A stretch of 43,543 nucleotides of DNA from Parcubacteria group bacterium GW2011_GWB1_45_10 (GTDB taxonomy: Bacteria; Patescibacteriota; Minisyncoccia; UBA6257; Brennerbacteraceae): assembly GCA_001001185.1 (NCBI GenBank), contig LCKC01000006.1, positions 1 to 43,543 of the forward strand. Reading direction: 5' to 3'. Each line of letters opens with the position of its first letter. The stretch's first letter is position 1. Made by a program: the position numbers and the translations under genes. Below the pieces are notes generated by a model. It had not been told where the DNA came from. It did not search any database and saw only the letters and a program-made list of their open reading frames with translations. Positions 41,285 to 43,543 of the stretch are shown in pieces.

Positions 41285-43267
41285 ATGTTTAACCTCTCGT
41301 CATCTTATCAGCCGATTGAGCCGCAAAAGCTGGCCGCCGAAAAGCTTGTCCGCGGCATTTTAACCAAGCAAAACCACCAGGTGCTTTTGGGCGTCACTGG
41401 TTCGGGCAAAACCTTCACCCTTGCCAATGTCATTCAAAAAACCCGGCTGCCGACCCTGGTCATCTCCCACAACAAAACCCTGGCCAACCAGCTTTATCAG
41501 GAGTTTAAAGATTTTTTCCCCGAAGCCGGTGTCCATTATTTCATCTCTTATTACGATTATTACCAGCCAGAAGCTTACATTCCGCGCTCAGACACTTACA
41601 TCCAAAAAGACGCTAAGATTAACGAACAGATTGAACAGATGAGATACGCCGCGACCGCCGACATTTTGTCCAGAAACGACGTTATTATCGTGGCTTCAGT
41701 TTCCTGCATTTACGGCATCACCAACCCGAAAGAATACAAAAAAATCAGTGTTATTTTTTCGCGCGGACAAAAAATCTCCCGGAAAAAGATTATTGAGATC
41801 CTGGTTGAGCTTCAGTACAAAAGAAACGACCTGGCGTCGCTCGCCGGCGAGTTTTCCGTCAGGGGCGAAGAAGTTGATATTTTTCTGCCACAGGGAGAAA
41901 ACAAAATCAGGCTGAGTTTTGACGCCAGCGCCATTTTCAAAATTCAAACCATTCCTTTGGCTCTGGGCTCTGAAACAAAAATCAAAGACCTTGAAGAAAC
42001 AAGAGTTTTCCCGGCCAAACACTATGTCACGGAAAAACAAAAACTTGTTTTGGCGGTTAAAAACATTGAGTTGGAGCTGAACCGGGAGCTGGCAAAGCTC
42101 AAAAAACAAAACAAGCTTTTGGAGGCCGAGCGGCTTGAACAAAAAACCAAAGAAGACCTGGCGATGCTCAAAGAAGTCGGTTATTGTTCCGGGGTTGAAA
42201 ACTATTCGCGCCATCTTGAGTTCCGCGACCCCGGCGAACCGCCGTTCACGCTGATTGATTATTTTAACCACCAATTCGGCCAGTCAGGCTGGCTTTTGGC
42301 GATTGATGAATCCCACATCTCCCTGCCGCAGATTCGCGGCATGCGCGCCGGCGACTATTCCCGCAAAAAAACATTGGTTGAGTATGGCTTTCGCCTGCCT
42401 TCGGCGATTGACAACCGGCCGCTGAAGTTTTCCGAGTTTCTGGCAAAAACGGAAAAAACTATTTACATTTCTGCCACACCCTCAGACTGGGAAAAAGAAA
42501 AATCAGGCGAAAACAATATTGTTGAACAGCTTATCCGGCCAACGGGAATTATTGAGCCGGAAATCATTGTCAAACCGGCCCAAAACCAGGTTAATGATCT
42601 GGTTGAAGAAACAAAACAAAACGCCAAAAAAGGAGAAAGGACTCTGGCGATTGTTTTGACCAAACGGCAATCGGAAAACCTGACCGAATATTTGCTTGAA
42701 CAAAAAATAAAAACTCACTGGCTTCACTCGGAGATCAAGGCGCTCGACCGGCCGGAGCTTTTGGCCGACCTGCGGCTTGGCAATGTTGACGCGATTGTCG
42801 GCATCAACCTTTTGCGCGAAGGCCTGGACCTGCCGGAAGTTTCCTTAATCTGCATTCTGGACGCAGACAAAGAAGGTTTTTTGCGGAACGAAACTTCTTT
42901 ACTCCAGATTATCGGCCGCGCCTCCAGAAATCCGAAAAGTCGGGTGATTCTTTACGCCGACAAAATCACCAAATCCATCAAGGCCGCGATTGAAGAAACC
43001 GAAAGGAAAAGAAAGATTCAGCTTGAATACAACAAAAAACACGGCTTGACGCCGCAGCCGATTATAAAAGAAATCAAACACTTCAAGATTGAAAGGCGGG
43101 CGGATTTAAGCTATACTGGCCTCAGCGAACTTCCGGAAAACGCCAGTGTTTCAACTGTCATTAAGGCTCTTGAAAAAGAAATGAAAAAAGCCGCCAAAGA
43201 CTGGGATTTTGAAAAAGCGGCGAAAATCAAAAAGCAAATCGAACAATTAATTAACTCTAGCGAATAA
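41285..43267 (+). CDS. uvrB: excinuclease ABC subunit B
   Basis: 660 aa. Motifs GVTGSGKTF and DESH, plus a C-terminal UVR domain (FEKAAKIKKQI). Confidence 0.97.
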   Translation: MFNLSSSYQPIEPQKLAAEKLVRGILTKQNHQVLLGVTGSGKTFTLANVIQKTRLPTLVISHNKTLANQLYQEFKDFFPEAGVHYFISYYDYYQPEAYIPRSDTYIQKDAKINEQIEQMRYAATADILSRNDVIIVASVSCIYGITNPKEYKKISVIFSRGQKISRKKIIEILVELQYKRNDLASLAGEFSVRGEEVDIFLPQGENKIRLSFDASAIFKIQTIPLALGSETKIKDLEETRVFPAKHYVTEKQKLVLAVKNIELELNRELAKLKKQNKLLEAERLEQKTKEDLAMLKEVGYCSGVENYSRHLEFRDPGEPPFTLIDYFNHQFGQSGWLLAIDESHISLPQIRGMRAGDYSRKKTLVEYGFRLPSAIDNRPLKFSEFLAKTEKTIYISATPSDWEKEKSGENNIVEQLIRPTGIIEPEIIVKPAQNQVNDLVEETKQNAKKGERTLAIVLTKRQSENLTEYLLEQKIKTHWLHSEIKALDRPELLADLRLGNVDAIVGINLLREGLDLPEVSLICILDADKEGFLRNETSLLQIIGRASRNPKSRVILYADKITKSIKAAIEETERKRKIQLEYNKKHGLTPQPIIKEIKHFKIERRADLSYTGLSELPENASVSTVIKALEKEMKKAAKDWDFEKAAKIKKQIEQLINSSE

Positions 43268-43361
43268 CAAATCAATACCAGTTCGCGAATATACCGATCA
43301 AACAAGATAGAATTCGTATATTCGTTTATTCGTAAGAAATTCGTAATTCGTTGACAATAAC

Positions 43362-43543
43362 ATGCCCATCACTAAATCCGCGAAAAAAGCTTTGCGGCAG
43401 AACAGAACCAGAAAAAAAAGGAATGTCGCCAAAAAAGACAAGGTCAGGTCTTTGAAAAAAGAGATTGTCAAAGCTCTGAATCTCAAAGACACGGAAGCCG
43501 CGAAAAAGAAAATCTCAGAACTTTACCGGGCTTTGGACAAAGC
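43362..43543 (+). CDS. rpsT: 30S ribosomal protein S20 (3' end outside the window)
   Basis: MPITKSAKKALRQNRTRKKRN... is typical of S20. The ORF runs off the end of the window. Confidence 0.85.
   Translation, partial: MPITKSAKKALRQNRTRKKRNVAKKDKVRSLKKEIVKALNLKDTEAAKKKISELYRALDK

Noticed and set aside
1-43543. CRISPR arrays, rRNA genes, transposases/integrases, or prophage blocks
   Set aside because: There are no regularly spaced direct repeats with unique spacers, no rRNA-like segments, and no ORFs with recombinase or transposase motifs.

Overview
43.5-kb window that looks like a small-genome bacterium with few Shine-Dalgarno (SD) sequences. Gene content and trimmed protein architectures resemble Patescibacteria/CPR, but that assignment is inference only. 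Most of the window is housekeeping: infB-rbfA; a long minus-strand operon (KA-rich basic peptide, hpf, secA, scpA, scpB, DD-carboxypeptidase, orf117, mraY); an L,D-transpeptidase/DD-carboxypeptidase fusion with a GHL10-like hydrolase and a methyltransferase; rpsF-ssb-rpsR; recA; rodZ-like-ftsK; rpoB-rpoC; an EndoQ-like gene with a small membrane protein and a membrane-anchored ClpB-like ATPase; GT2; a permease; two EF-Tu-domain-2-like small proteins; LOG; Nudix; ruvA; uvrB; rpsT; and five tRNAs. No rRNA, CRISPR array, transposase or integrase was seen. The main unexplained structure is: (1) a GIY-YIG ORF wedged between a truncated 5' half-copy and an intact copy of tRNA-Cys, with the duplication ending inside the anticodon. 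(2) A family of hairpin elements whose terminal inverted repeat ATCCCGTTAGAA lies flush against the start codons of four genes; two copies are 99-bp perfect repeats bracketing hpf-secA. (3) tRNA-Asp flanked by partial self-copies and a repeated palindrome. (4) A 1.8-kb GC-richer islet next to tRNA-Leu with a membrane-anchored NERD/PD-(D/E)XK protein and a convergent SD-led two-gene unit. (5) Three long structured intergenic regions that may encode ncRNAs or attenuators. All functional readings of these are hypotheses. No complete, recognisable novel multi-gene system can be proven from sequence alone.
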